From: Hemiscyllium ocellatum
Lineage: Eukaryota
DNA length: 64,000 nt
Reading direction: 5' to 3'
Assembly (NCBI RefSeq): GCF_020745735.1
Contig: NC_083424.1
Span: 27,638,999-27,702,998, forward strand
A model generated the notes under the pieces. It had not been told where the DNA came from. It did not search any database and saw only the letters and a list, made by a program, of their open reading frames with translations. Position numbers and translations under genes: made by a program. Below are positions 13,550 through 25,800 of the stretch, in pieces (the stretch's first letter is position 1; each line of letters opens with the position of its first letter).

Positions 13550-14020
13550 ATTAGGGGCAGGCAATAAATGCTGGCCAGTCAGTGATGCCCACATCCCATG
13601 AATGAATAAAATAAATTATCCAAAAATGAATAACTAAGTAATTGTTTCACAATCATTAATTAACTACAGCCTAGAAGGATGCAATTTCACGTATCAACTT
13701 CATGCTAGTTCTCCTTGGGGCAACTTGATCAGTTTTATTCTTTTGTTGCATTTGCTATAATCCTAGAGTTCTGCAAGTTTATTTTCTTGAAATAGCATCT
13801 AATTTCCTTTTAAGATAGTTGATTGGTTTCACTTACACCATCGTTGTTGGTAGCAAATTCCACATTATTACCACTGGCGACACATAAAGTTCTTCTTCAT
13901 ATCCCTCTGCACCTATTCCCCTCGTCCTGCAAGACCACCTAGTATGAGTAGCTTTGAGTTTTGGTTTAATTGTTTAGTTAAATGTATGACAGCATTTAAG
14001 GATTCCATATGCAAAGTTTT

Positions 14021-16255
14021 AGAATCATAGAATCATAGAAATGTACAGCATGGAAACAGACCCTTCGGTCCAACCCATCCATGCTGACCAGATATCCCAA
14101 TCCAATCTAGTCCCACCTGCCAGCACCCGGCCCATATCCCTCCAAACCCTTCCTATTCATATACCCATCCAAATGCCTCTTAAATGTTGCAATTGTACCA
14201 GTCTCCACCACATCCTCTGGCAGCTCATTCCATACACGTACCACCCTCTGTGTGAAAAAGTTGCCCCTTAGGTCTCTTTTATATCTTTCCCCTCTCACCC
14301 TAAACCTATTCCCTCTAGTTCTGGACTCTCCGACCCCAGGGAAAAGACTTTGCCTATTTATCCTATCCATGCCCCTCATAATTTTTTAAACCTCTATAAG
14401 GTCACCCCTCAGCCTCCGACGCTCCAGGGAAAACAGCCCCAGCCTGTTCAGCCATTCCCTGTAGCTCAGGTCTTCCAACCCTGGCAACATCCTTGTAATT
14501 TTTTTCTGAACCCTTTCAAGTTTCACAACATCTTTCCGATAGGAAGGAGACCAGAATTGCACGCAACATTCCAAAAGTGGCCTAACCAATGACCTGTACA
14601 GCCGCAACATGACCTCCCAACTCCTGTACTCAATACTCTGACCAATAAAGGAAAGCATAGCAAATGCCTTCTTCACTATCCTATCTACCTGCGACTCCAC
14701 TTTCAAGGAGCTATGAAGCTGCACTCCAAGGTCTCTTTGTTCAGCAACACTCCTAGGGCCTTACCATTAAGTGTATAAGTCCTGCTAAGATTTGCTTTCC
14801 CAAAATGCGGGACCTCGCATTTATCTGAATTAAACTCCATCTGCCATTTCTCAGCCCATTGGTCAAGATTCTGTTGAAATCTGAGGTAACCCTCTTCGCT
14901 GTCCACTACACCTCCAATTTTGGTGTCATCTGCAAACTTACTAACTATACCTCTTATGCTCACATCCAAATCATTTATATAAATGACAAAAAGTAGAGGG
15001 CTCAGCACCGATCCTTGTGGCACTCCACTGATCACAGGCCTCCAGTCTGAAAATCAACCCTCTACCACCACCCTCTGTCTTCTACCTTTGAGCCAGTTCT
15101 GTACCCAAATGTCTAGTTCTCCCTGTATTCCATGAGATCTAATCTTACTAACCAGTCTCCCATGGGGAACCTTGTCAAACGCCTTACTGAAGTCCATAGA
15201 GATCACATCTACTGCTCTGCCCTCATTAATCTTCTTTGTTACTTCTTCAAAAAACTCAATCAAGTTTGTGAGAAGCTTTCCCACGCACAAAGCCACGTTG
15301 ACTATCCCGAATCAGTCCTTGCCTTTCCAAATATATGTACATCCTTCCCTCAGGATTCCCTCCAACAACTTGCCCACCACCGAGGTCAGGCTCACTGGTC
15401 TATAGTTCCCTGGCTTGTCTTTACTACCCTTCTTAAACAGTGGCACCACGTTTGCCAACCTCCAGCCTTCCGGCACCTCACCTGTGACTATCGATGATAC
15501 AAATATCTCAGCAAGAGGCCCAGCAATCACTTCTCTAGCTTCCCACAGTGTTCTAGGGTACACCTGATCAGGTCCTGGGGATTTATCCACTTTTAACCAT
15601 TTCAAGACATCCAGCACTTCCTCCTCTGTAATCTGGATATTTTGTAAGATATCACCATCTATTTCCCTACAGTCTATATCTTCCATATCCTTTTCCACAG
15701 TAAATACTGATGCAAAATATTTATTTAGTATCTCCCCCATTTTCTGTGGCTTCACACAAAGGCCACCTTGCTGATCTTTGAGGAGCCATATTCTCTCCCA
15801 AGTTACCCTTTTAACCTTAATATATTTGTATAAACCCTTTGGATTCTCCTTATTTCTATTTGCCAAAGCTATCTCATGTCCCCGTTTTGCCCTCCTGATT
15901 TTCCTCTTAAGTATACTCCTACTTCCTTTATACTCTTCCAAGGATTCACTCGATCTATCCTGTCCATACCTGACATATGCTTCCTTCTTTTTCTTAACCA
16001 AACCCTCAATTTCTTTCGTCATCCAGCATTCCCTATACCTACCAGCCTTCCCTTTCACCCTTACAGGAATATACTTTCTCTGGATTCTTGTTATCTCATT
16101 TCTGAAGGGTTCCCATTTTCCAGCCGTCCCTTTACCTGCAAACATATGTCTCCAATCAGATTTTGAAAGTTCTGGCCTAATACCATCAAAATTGGTCTTT
16201 CTCCAATTTAGAACTTCAACTTTTAGATCTGGTCTATCCTTTCCATCACTATTTG
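14021..16255 (-). mobile_element. CR1 (HER1-like) LINE, longest ORF2 remnant in the window (frameshifted)
   Basis: 327-aa ORF with DKSPGPD...[16 protein letters not shown], then DFSKAFDKVPH, GVPQGSVL and KFADDTK; (ttctatga)n tail. Confidence 0.92.
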
Positions 16256-16429
16256 AACATTTGAATTTAATTGTTCCAAGGAAATCATAAAACAAAATAG
16301 CAAAATTTGAGCACCTTAATTTGATTTATTAGCACACGTTCTCCAGTCAGTAACCACTCACATATTACACATGAACAAGTAATTTCTTTAAACAGACAAT
16401 AGCCACTTATGTAACATTAGCCCCTGATA

Positions 16430-18530
16430 TGGGAAGAATTGTCGAACAAAGAGACCTTAGGGAGCATGTTCAAAGTTCCTTGATAGCGGAGTCACAGGGG
16501 ATAGACAGGGTAGTGAAGAAAGGATTTGGTATGTTTGCTATACCATTATGTATAGGCGTTGGGAGGTCTTGTTGTAGCTGTACAGGACATTGGTTAGACT
16601 ACCTTTGGAATACTGTGTTCAATTCTTGTCTCCTTGTTATAGGAAAGATGTTGTGAAACTTAAAAGGGTTCAGAAAAGATTTACAAGCCGGTTGCCAGGA
16701 TTGGAGGATTGAGCTATCGGGAGAGGCTGAATAGGTTGGGGCTATTTGCCCTGGAGAGTTGAAGGATGAGGGGTGACCTTATAGGAGCTTATAAATCATG
16801 AGAGGCATGGATAGTGTGAATAGTCAAGGTCTTTTCCAAGGGTAGGAGAGTTCAAAATAGAGGATATAGGATTAAGGTAAGAGGGCAAAGGTTTAAAAGG
16901 GGCCTAATGGGCAATTGTTTCACACAGAGGGTGGTGCGTGCATGAAATGAGTTGCTAGATGTGGTGCTGAAGGCTGGTACAATTACAACATTTAAAAGGT
17001 ATCTGGATGATATATGAATAGGAAGGTTTTAGAGAAATATGGGCCAAATGCTGGCAAATAGGACTAGATTAATTTTGGGTATCTGGTCTATTTCTGTGCT
17101 ATACATCTTAGAGTGTCACTATTTAAGAAAGGTGGTAAGGAAAAGCCAGGGAACTACAGACCGGTAAGCCTGATATCAGTGGTGGGAAATTTGTTGGAGG
17201 GAATCCTGAGGGACAGGATTAACAAAAATTTGGAAAGGCAAGGACTGATTAGGGATAGTCAACATGGTTTTGTGCATGGGAAATCATGTCTCATGAACTT
17301 GATTGAGATTTTTTTGAAGAAGTAACAAAGAGGATTGATAAGGGCAGAGCGGTAGACATAATCTATATGGACTTCAGTAAGGCGTTCAACAAGGTTCCTC
17401 ATGGGAGACTGGTTAGCAGATTTGGTCTCATTGAATAAGGGATAACTAGCCATTTGGATACAGAACTGGTTCAAAGGTTGAAGACAGAGGGTGGTGGCGA
17501 AGGGTTGGTTTTTTAGAATGGAGGCCTGGATCCACTGCTTTTCGTCATTTATATAAATGATTTGGATGTGAACATAGGAGGTATGGTTAGTAAGTTTGCA
17601 GACAACACCAAAATTATAGGTGTAGTGGACAGCGAAGAAGGTTACCTCAGAGTACAACGGGATCTTGATCAGACAGGTCAATGGGTTGAGAGTGGCAGGT
17701 GGAGTTTAATTTAGAAAAACGCGAGGTGCTGCATTTTGGAAAAGTAAATCAGATCAGGGCTTATACACTTAATGGTAAGGTCCTGGGGAGTGTTGATGAA
17801 CAAAGAAACCTCTGAGTGCAGGTTCATAGTTCCTTGGAAGTAGAGTTGCAGGTAGATAGGATAGTGAAGAAGGTATTTGGTATGCTTTCCTTTATTGGTC
17901 AGAGCATTGAGTACAGGAAGTGGGGAGGTCATGCTGTGGCTGTACAAGACATTGGTTAGGCCACCGTTGGAATATTGCGTGCAATTCTGGTCTCCTTCCA
18001 ATTGGAAGGGTGTTGTGAAACTTGAAAGGGTTCAGAAAAGATTTACAAGGACGTTGCCAGGGTTGGAGGATTTGAGCTGTTGGGAGAAGCTGAATAGGCT
18101 GAGGCTGTTTTCCCTGGAGCGTTGGAGGCTGAGGGGTGACATTATACAGGTTTATAAAATCATGAGGGTCATGGATAGGATAAATAGACAAGGTCTTTTC
18201 CCTGGGGTGGGGGAGCCCAGAAGAGCTCATACATTTACGGTGAGAGGGGAAAGATATAAAAGGGACCTAAGGGGCAATATTTTCACACAGAGGGTGGTGC
18301 ATGTATGGAATGAGCTACCAAAGGAAGTGGTGGAGGCTGGTACAATTGCAACATTTAAAAAGACATCTGAATGGGTATACGAATAGGAAGGATTTAAAAG
18401 GATATGGATCAAGTGCTGGCAAATGGGACTATATTAGGTTGGGATATCTGTTCAGCATGAACGAGTTGGTCCGATGGATCTGTTTCCATGCTGTACATCT
18501 CTATGACTCCATCTGTATGATTCTATGATA
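16430..18530 (+). mobile_element. Two tandem CR1 (HER1-like) fragments (about 16430-17105 and 17113-18530)
   Basis: Repeated RT and C-terminal motifs and 3' UTRs. Confidence 0.88.
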
Positions 18531-18832
18531 CTTTCAGAATTAGGTAGCAACTATAGTTACAATCCCTTGTTTTTATCTACCACCTGTTTAAAATCTTGAA
18601 ATCATATTTAATAGTTGCAATTTGCATGTGCAAATCAAGATTTGGTTTAACACTTTATATGATTTAGACGAATGAGAGATGATCTCACTGAGACATTTGG
18701 GATTCTTAAGAGGTCTGCTGGAGTAAATCTTCCAGTAAAAAATGAGGTCTGCAGATGCTGGAGATCACAGCTGCAAATGTGTTGCTGGTCAAAGCACAGC
18801 AGGCCAGGCAGCATCTCAGGAATAGAGAATTC

Positions 18833-18860
18833 GACGTTTCGAGCATAAGCCCTTCATCAG
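18833..18860 (-). ncRNA. Minimal hammerhead ribozyme motif (mirror copy)
   Basis: Exact reverse complement of 18871-18898. Confidence 0.75.
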
Positions 18861-18870
18861 GAAGGGCTTC

Positions 18871-18898
18871 CTGATGAAGGGCTTATGCTCGAAACGTC
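18871..18898 (+). ncRNA. Minimal type-I hammerhead ribozyme motif (Penelope-type)
   Basis: CTGATGA-A-GGGC-TTAT-GCTC-GAAA-CG-TC; flanking ttc/gaa can form a short stem I. Confidence 0.75.
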
Positions 18899-19659
18899 GA
18901 ATTCTCTATTCCTGAGATGCTGCCTGGCCTGCTGTGCTTTGACCAGCAACACATTTGCAGCTGCTGGAGTAAATGTTGAGTTGATGTTTTCCCTCATGGG
19001 AGAGTCTAAAACCAGAGTTCATAGTCTCAGGATTCAGGGATGTCAATTTAAGACAGAAATGAGGAGGAATTTCTTATCTCAGTAACTTGTGAGTTTTTGG
19101 AACTTCTTGCCACTAGGAATTATGGGGGCAGAGTTAGGTGAATCAAAAGTTATGCGTAAAGGCAGAGAAGTGGATATGAGGTATGCTGGATAAGTCATGA
19201 TGGTATTGAATGGTAGAGCAGGCTCAAGGGACTGAACATTAGATAAGCAAGAGGCTGAAAGAACACAGCAAGCCAGGCAGCATGAGGAGGGAGAGAAATC
19301 AACATGTCGGATGTAACTCTTCTTGAACTGAACAGCCTATTTCTGTTCCTATTTTGCATAATCTTATTGTTAAGTATCGGAATTTTGTCCGTGCTTTCTA
19401 AGAAGCTTAGTCTAAAAGTCAAGTAACTTCGGGGTGTAAGTTAGCAGCCTTAAAATTGTTCCCTCCTGTTTTTTCTTTCTTATTCTAATTTCAAATCATG
19501 AATACATGAAGGCTGAAGAGCGTTTAAATCACACTATGGTTCAACATGCCATATAAAGTGACATGTTATTTCCTTGATATAAGCATTGGTGATTCGGATT
19601 TAAAAGAAAACATCTTTTAATCAAAGGTAAAGGGGCGATATCAATTATAAATATTAGAA

Positions 19660-19812
19660 AGGTGAGTTTGACGTTAACATTTCGAAATGCTCGTTTTGGA
19701 ATGGGGGGGTGGGGCCTAATTCCAAAGAGGCTTCCGTAACCGGAAGTAGAAGCCGTGGCGTCGCCCCGTCTGCTGTACTCCTGTAGTTTGTGGGTAACCG
19801 GCGGCAGCAGAT
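19660..19812 (+). promoter_or_regulatory. GPN3 proximal promoter
   Basis: CpG-enriched. TGACGTTA (CRE-like) at 19669, a G-rich Sp/KLF-like box at 19703-19716, and inverted ETS-type cores CTTCCG (19731-19736) and CCGGAAGT (19740-19747) just upstream of the ATG exon. Confidence 0.75.
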
Positions 19813-19860
19813 ATGCCTCGCTTTGCTCAACTCGTGATGGGGCCTGCAGGCAGTGGGAAG
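19813..19860 (+). CDS. GPN3: GPN3 coding exon 1 ([17 protein letters not shown]-loop)
   Basis: ATG at 19813; donor AAG|gtattt; CpG-rich context. Confidence 0.96.
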
Positions 19861-22800
19861 GTATTTAATACCATTCAGGTCTCGGCAGTAACGACATAAT
19901 CTTTTTATTTGGCGCACAGGAGTGAAAAATATGGATTGTCTTAATTATGCTGCTCCTGAGCCAAAACCGACTCCCTGATTTTATCAACATTATTAGCTTT
20001 AACACTCAGGAAAACCCCGAAATATTAAAGATTATTATCATGTTGTACGCTTATTTTCGTAATAGTCATAATCTTTCGTTTAAAACATGTGTTGTCATGA
20101 GATTAAAAATCTTTCACAAAACTTGCAACTGGAAATATGAATAATTTTTAATCCCTTCTGATTTTTAGCTGGAGTAATCCCATCATGTTGCACCCTCTCT
20201 TTATACTGCACGTTCCTCTGTACTTTACTTCAAATATTTATCAATTTCTGCTTAAAGTTTGTAATGTGCTAAAGCTTTGTATTCAAACATTCCATGCTTC
20301 CAACAGCTGTTATTTTTTTTAGCTCTCTGCTCACTTTAGTTAATTTGAAATTGATGAGCCTTTTTCTTTTTCTGCTTCATAGTTTAAAATAAAAGTTTAA
20401 TTTTCACCTCTCTCCCATGGAATTAATTCTAATCTCTCCAGTCTATTCTCAGAACAGTAGATTTCAATTGCTGGTGTTGTCACTATGTTACAGAATGTAA
20501 TGTAAATCACAGGGAAAGGCTATTCTAATATAGGTCATGTATTTTATTGGTCATCAACTTTAAGGAAAATTACATCTAGTAAATTATATTGTGCCAACCT
20601 TCTTTGTATTGTTTTAATTAGTCTTCAAATGACACATATTTAAAATGCCAAACATTTTTTGGATTTTACTTTTTGATTTATACAATAATTTAAAACAATG
20701 ATTTGAACCTCTTGATGAAATTGCTTTACGATATGGTCCTGTGCTCTTTTATACTTTGTGAACCCTAAAGATTATAGAGTGGATATTAAAAGTAATTACA
20801 ATTACCTGTAAATGGGTAAAATTATACAATCTAATCTTTTGAAACAATCAAAGCTCATGGACTAAAACCAAGCATCTAAATACCTGTCGACTGATGAATA
20901 TTACTAGGTACATCTGTGAATTGGAATGGCACAATGGCTCAGTGGTTAGTACTGATACCTCATAGCGCCCTGAACCTGGGTTTGATTCCACCCTTGGGCG
21001 ACTGTCTGTGTGGAGCCTACGTATTTTCCCCGTGCCTGCGTTTCTTTCTGCTGGTTGCTCCGGTTTCCTCCCACAGTCCAAAGATGCACAGGTTAAATGG
21101 ATTGGCTGTGTGAAATTGTTCATAGTGTTCAGGGATGTGTAGACTGGGTGGATTAGGCAGGGTTGCAGGGATAGTGTTGGAGGATGCATCTGGGCAGAAT
21201 GCTCTTCGGAGGGTTGGTTGGACTTGATGGGCTGAATGGCCTGCTCTGCACTGTAAGGATTCTATGATTCTACAATTTGCAAATTTCTAGTTATCAAGCT
21301 ACCTGTAGGAATTAAATTGTAAAAGAAACAGATTTGAGATTTTAAATTTCATTATACATTTAACGGTGGCTCATTGGTTAGCACTGCTGCCTCACAGCAC
21401 CAGGGTCCCAGATTCGATTTCAGCCTCAGGTGAGTGTTTGTGTGGAGTTTGCACGTTCTCCCGTGTCTGTATGGGTTTCCTCCGGGTGCTCCGGTTTCCT
21501 CCCACAATCCAAAGATTTGCAGGTCAGGTGAATTGGCTATGCTAAATTACCCATAGTGTTAGGTCAGTTAGTCAGAGGGAAATGGGTGGGTTACTCTTCA
21601 GAGGGTTGGTGTGGACTGGTTGGGCCAAAGGGCCTATTTCCACACTGTAGGTAATCTAATCTAAACACACTTTGAAGGTGGATTTGTTATCTGTAATTTC
21701 AGAGCACTTACTGTTCCACTATGCAGCAGCACTGTGAGGTGTTGAATCGATCTGTGCAGGTGGTGAACCTTGATCCTGCTGCAGAATACTTTGACTATCC
21801 TGTATTAGCAGGTGAGTTGACTAATAACTTTGCAATGCATCTTGAAAATATTCTTTTGACAACTTCAACAAAACATAAGGAATTGAAGTTTGTTTTTCCA
21901 GCTAAAGAGTGTAAAGACTGTATGCTGTTTGGATATCACGAGCAGAAATGGGGATGTTCGCAGATGATTACATAAAGTTAAGCACCATTCATGACTCCTC
22001 AGATACTGAAGCAGCTGGTGTGTGTATTCAACAAGAATATCCAAGCTTGGCCTAGTAAGAGGCAAGTAACATTCGTGCCACATGAATGCCAGGCAATGAC
22101 ATCTCCAATAATGAAAAGAATCTTAACAGCCACCCCTTGATGTTTAATTGCTGAATCTCCCACTATGAACAGTCTAGGGGTTGTCACTGACCAGAAGCTG
22201 AACTGAATCAGTTAAATAGAATCTGTGATTATGAGAATAGGTCAGAGGCTAGGAATGTGGTTGTGAGTAACTCACCCACTGCTTCCCTAAAGGCAGGACC
22301 ATGATGTAATTCTCTCTACTTGCTTGGGTGCAACTGAAACAACATTTCAACCTAACACCATCCAGGACAAAAAAAGCCAGTTTGATTGGCACCTCATCCA
22401 CAACCTTCAATATTCACTTTCTTCACAACAGATGCACAATGGCAACACTGGAACATCTTCAAGATGTTTGAACTCACCAAGGCTTCTTCAACAACATCTT
22501 CAAAATCTGAAACTCTGCAAGCTGGAAGGACGAGGATAAGGACAGCAGATGCATGGGGATCTCTCCACTTCCAAGCTCTAAACTACATACCTTCCTGAGT
22601 TGGAAATATTGCTATTCCTTCACTTTTTGCTGGATCAAAATCCTGGAGGTCCCTTCCTAATAGGGTTATATTTGTCCCTACACTTAAAGGACTGCATTAT
22701 TTGAAGAAAACAACTCGCTACCACCTCCTCCTGGGTAATTGGGATATATGATAAAGGCTAACCTAGCCACCATTTTCTACATCCCATGAATGAATAGAAA

Positions 22801-25800
22801 TCAGATGGTTATCCCTATCTTCACAGGTCTTATTGGATAACTGAATGAAAACCGAAAATGCTGAGCTGTGTGCAAACAAATATCAGCCCCACTAATTTTG
22901 GGAAGTGTGCTTTGTTTTATATACCATGGTTATTTTCTTTTTTTAAAATTACTGTTGTCTAAATTTTTTTTTGGTAGATATTCGGGAGCTCATTCAAGTA
23001 GATGACGTGATGGAAGATGATTCCTTGAGGTTTGGCCCAAATGGTGGGCTGATTTTCTGTATGGAATACTTTGCCAACAACTTTGATTGGCTGGCAGATT
23101 GTCTAGGACATGTGGAAGATGACTATATACTATTTGATTGTCCAGGTGGGTGGCAATCGATATGTGCGATGGAATAGTCCATTATGCAGTTTATGTTTAG
23201 TAGGATTGTGCAGAAAACTAGGTTCAAGATTAGAGTGGTGCTGGGAAAGCATAGCAGGTCAAGTAGCATCCAAGGAGCAGGAAAATGAGGCTCATTCATG
23301 ATAAAGGGCTTTTGCCCGAAACATCGATTTTTAAAAAAAAATTATTATTTTTTATTTTTCCCCTGCTCCTTGGATGCTGCCTGATCTGTGCTTTACCAGC
23401 ACCACTCTAATCTCCAGCATCTGCAGTTCCCAGTTTTGCCTTATGCAGAGACTAACCTAAACTCAAGCGTGGGTCAGCTTTATCACAGTTATTTGGTTAT
23501 CAGTTATAGATATGAATGCGTGAAGACCATAATGAATCTTGGAGTTGGAAGCCAGTGCCCCTGCTGTTAATGTAAAGTGTTGAAGGTCCTGGCACTGCAT
23601 TTAAGGGGTACTCAGAGAGGCATGTGCCCTGCAAGCCGATAACATCTCATGCTCTTAGGTGGACACCTGCAGCTGAACATTTTGGCCCAAATATATTCCT
23701 CTGTCGCTTGACGAGACAGTCCTTTCAGCCTTGCCCATTCTACTCCAGTCTCCGTCTCTTGGTCTGTGCCCTGTGCAACTTAGACTATTGCCATCCAATC
23801 TCAATCATGGTATGGCAGAGATGAAGATTTTTCCAAAGAAGCCAAAACTACTCTCTCCAAAATCCACTAAGTACACTACTTTGCCTGCTGCATGCCGCTG
23901 GTATGTTGGGAAACTTAAAGAAGAAAACTGAAGAACTATTGCTGAGAGAATGCCCATTGTGGCTGTGCAGGTTCTTTGCAAGCTATCTAGTTAATCCCAC
24001 TGTCAGCTTTTATTTTAATGTTACTGTTGAATATATTTGCACCACTTCTTTAATGTGGTGGAAACCAAATGACACTTTGCCAGAAGCAAAATTCCCCTCA
24101 TCTCACCTCTGGTGTTTTTCTGATTACGTTACATCCCTGTTTGCAAGTTAAACTCTCTTTCTTCTTGGGCTATAAGTGCAATTAATTTATTGCATTTAAT
24201 CTAGTGTATTTGATTAAGCACAGTAAAATTTATAATCTTATCAAAGTAGTAGTCTTTCATTTAGAACAAATAATTAGAGTTTCTAGAATACCAATTTTGA
24301 GCTCTTCCTGTTGTTTTCCCCTCACTTCCTGAAGGTACTGATTCATGAAAGGTGATGATAAGTTGAACACATTTTTACATGAGAATTTTAACTGAGCCCA
24401 TTATATGTAATAAGTTTTGATTTTGGGTCTCCAAATTTTTTTTGTACTAATGTGATTTTATTAATTCATTACAGGTCAGATTGAGTTATATACTCACCTT
24501 CCAATAATGAAGCAGCTCGTGGAACAGTTGCAGCAATGGGAGTTTCATGTCTGTGGGGTATTTCTTGTTGACTCTCAATTTATGGTGGAGTCATTTAAGG
24601 TAATCTTCACCTATGTAGTGTGAAGTGGGATTTATATACAGCAAACTCTATTTTAGCCAACACTCTGTGAACTATGCTTTTGATTTAAATGGCAAAACTT
24701 ATGTACCTCAAATACCAGAAGTTTTATTGTGATCTCCACAATGTCTGAGTAGACAGTTGTGTGCAAGTGAGAAGGTATCTCTGCTGGTAAGTTTTAATCA
24801 AGGCAAAATTGCATTATTGTTTGTGTATGCTGTAAATAAAGTACACGTTTCTGTTGAAGAGCTTATGCTCGAAATGTCGACTCTCCTGCTCTCAGATGCT
24901 GCCTGACCGGCTGTGCTTTTCCAGCACCACGCCCTTCGGCTCTGACCTCCAGCATCTGCAGTCCGTACTTGCTCCCTGTAAATAAAGTATCCAAGGTGTC
25001 ATAACCTTGAAATCAAGATAGAGTCCACACTCTCAGCTTGTGCTCAAAATACAGCATTACAGAATCAAGACACTGCCAAGCAGACAAGGCGACAGAACTA
25101 CAGCACGTACATGCACACCAAGAACTAGAAACTGGAGAAACCTGGCATCGCCACCAGCAGCAGCCAAACCTCCCCTGGCACCACAGTTGAAAATATTATC
25201 ACCATGGGGAAATCTATCGTCAACTTTTCGGATCACACCCTTTAACCAGAAGAGATTGAAATTCTCAGCCAAGGGCTCAATTTTTGCCCCACCACCAAAA
25301 TGGACCCCTTTGGTCTTACAGCAGACACGGGAGGAATTCATCAGACAAATGAGACTCTGGGAATTCAAGATGTCAGCAAGCCAGCAGAAAAAGGTGGAGC
25401 CATCATCATTCAGAATAGAATGGGCTACTGCAAGGAAGTATACTGACAATTGAACAACTAGGAACACTACAGGCAACTAGTGGCCAATCTGACCAAAGGA
25501 CACACCCGTGAACTAAACGCATTGATCAAGACTTTTGATCCAGTCCTTGAGTATCTACCCACTCTCATCCCACATACTTCTCACATAGGGGACTTTTACT
25601 GCCTTCCACAGATACACAAAGTCAACACATCTGGTTGTCCCATTGTGTCAGGCAACGGAACAGTGTGTGAGAATCTCTGACTATATCAAGGGCATCTTGA
25701 AACTCATTTTACAGGGGGCCCCCATCTTCTGTCGCAATACTAGATTTTTACAGAAGCTCGGCTCCCATGGACTAGTCGAACCGGGAACATTCCTCGTCAC

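Larger units (their letters stand above)
18729..18960. mobile_element. Palindromic mini-element derived from a Penelope 3' end, with two hammerhead motifs and a 14-bp TSD
   Basis: Perfect inverted arms 18768-18864 and 18867-18963. Direct repeat ctgctggagtaaat at 18715-18728 and 18961-18974. Interrupts a CR1 3' fragment. Confidence 0.9.

Noticed and set aside
15312-16295. 327-aa ORF as a host gene or active reverse transcriptase
   Set aside because: It is the CR1 ORF2 linker and RT start; the element is 5'-truncated and frameshifted downstream.
21721-21975. ORF-track entries overlapping GPN3/ARPC3 exons (also 22971, 31894, 48373, 54647) as standalone proteins
   Set aside because: Single exons read through into intron sequence; explained by the spliced models.
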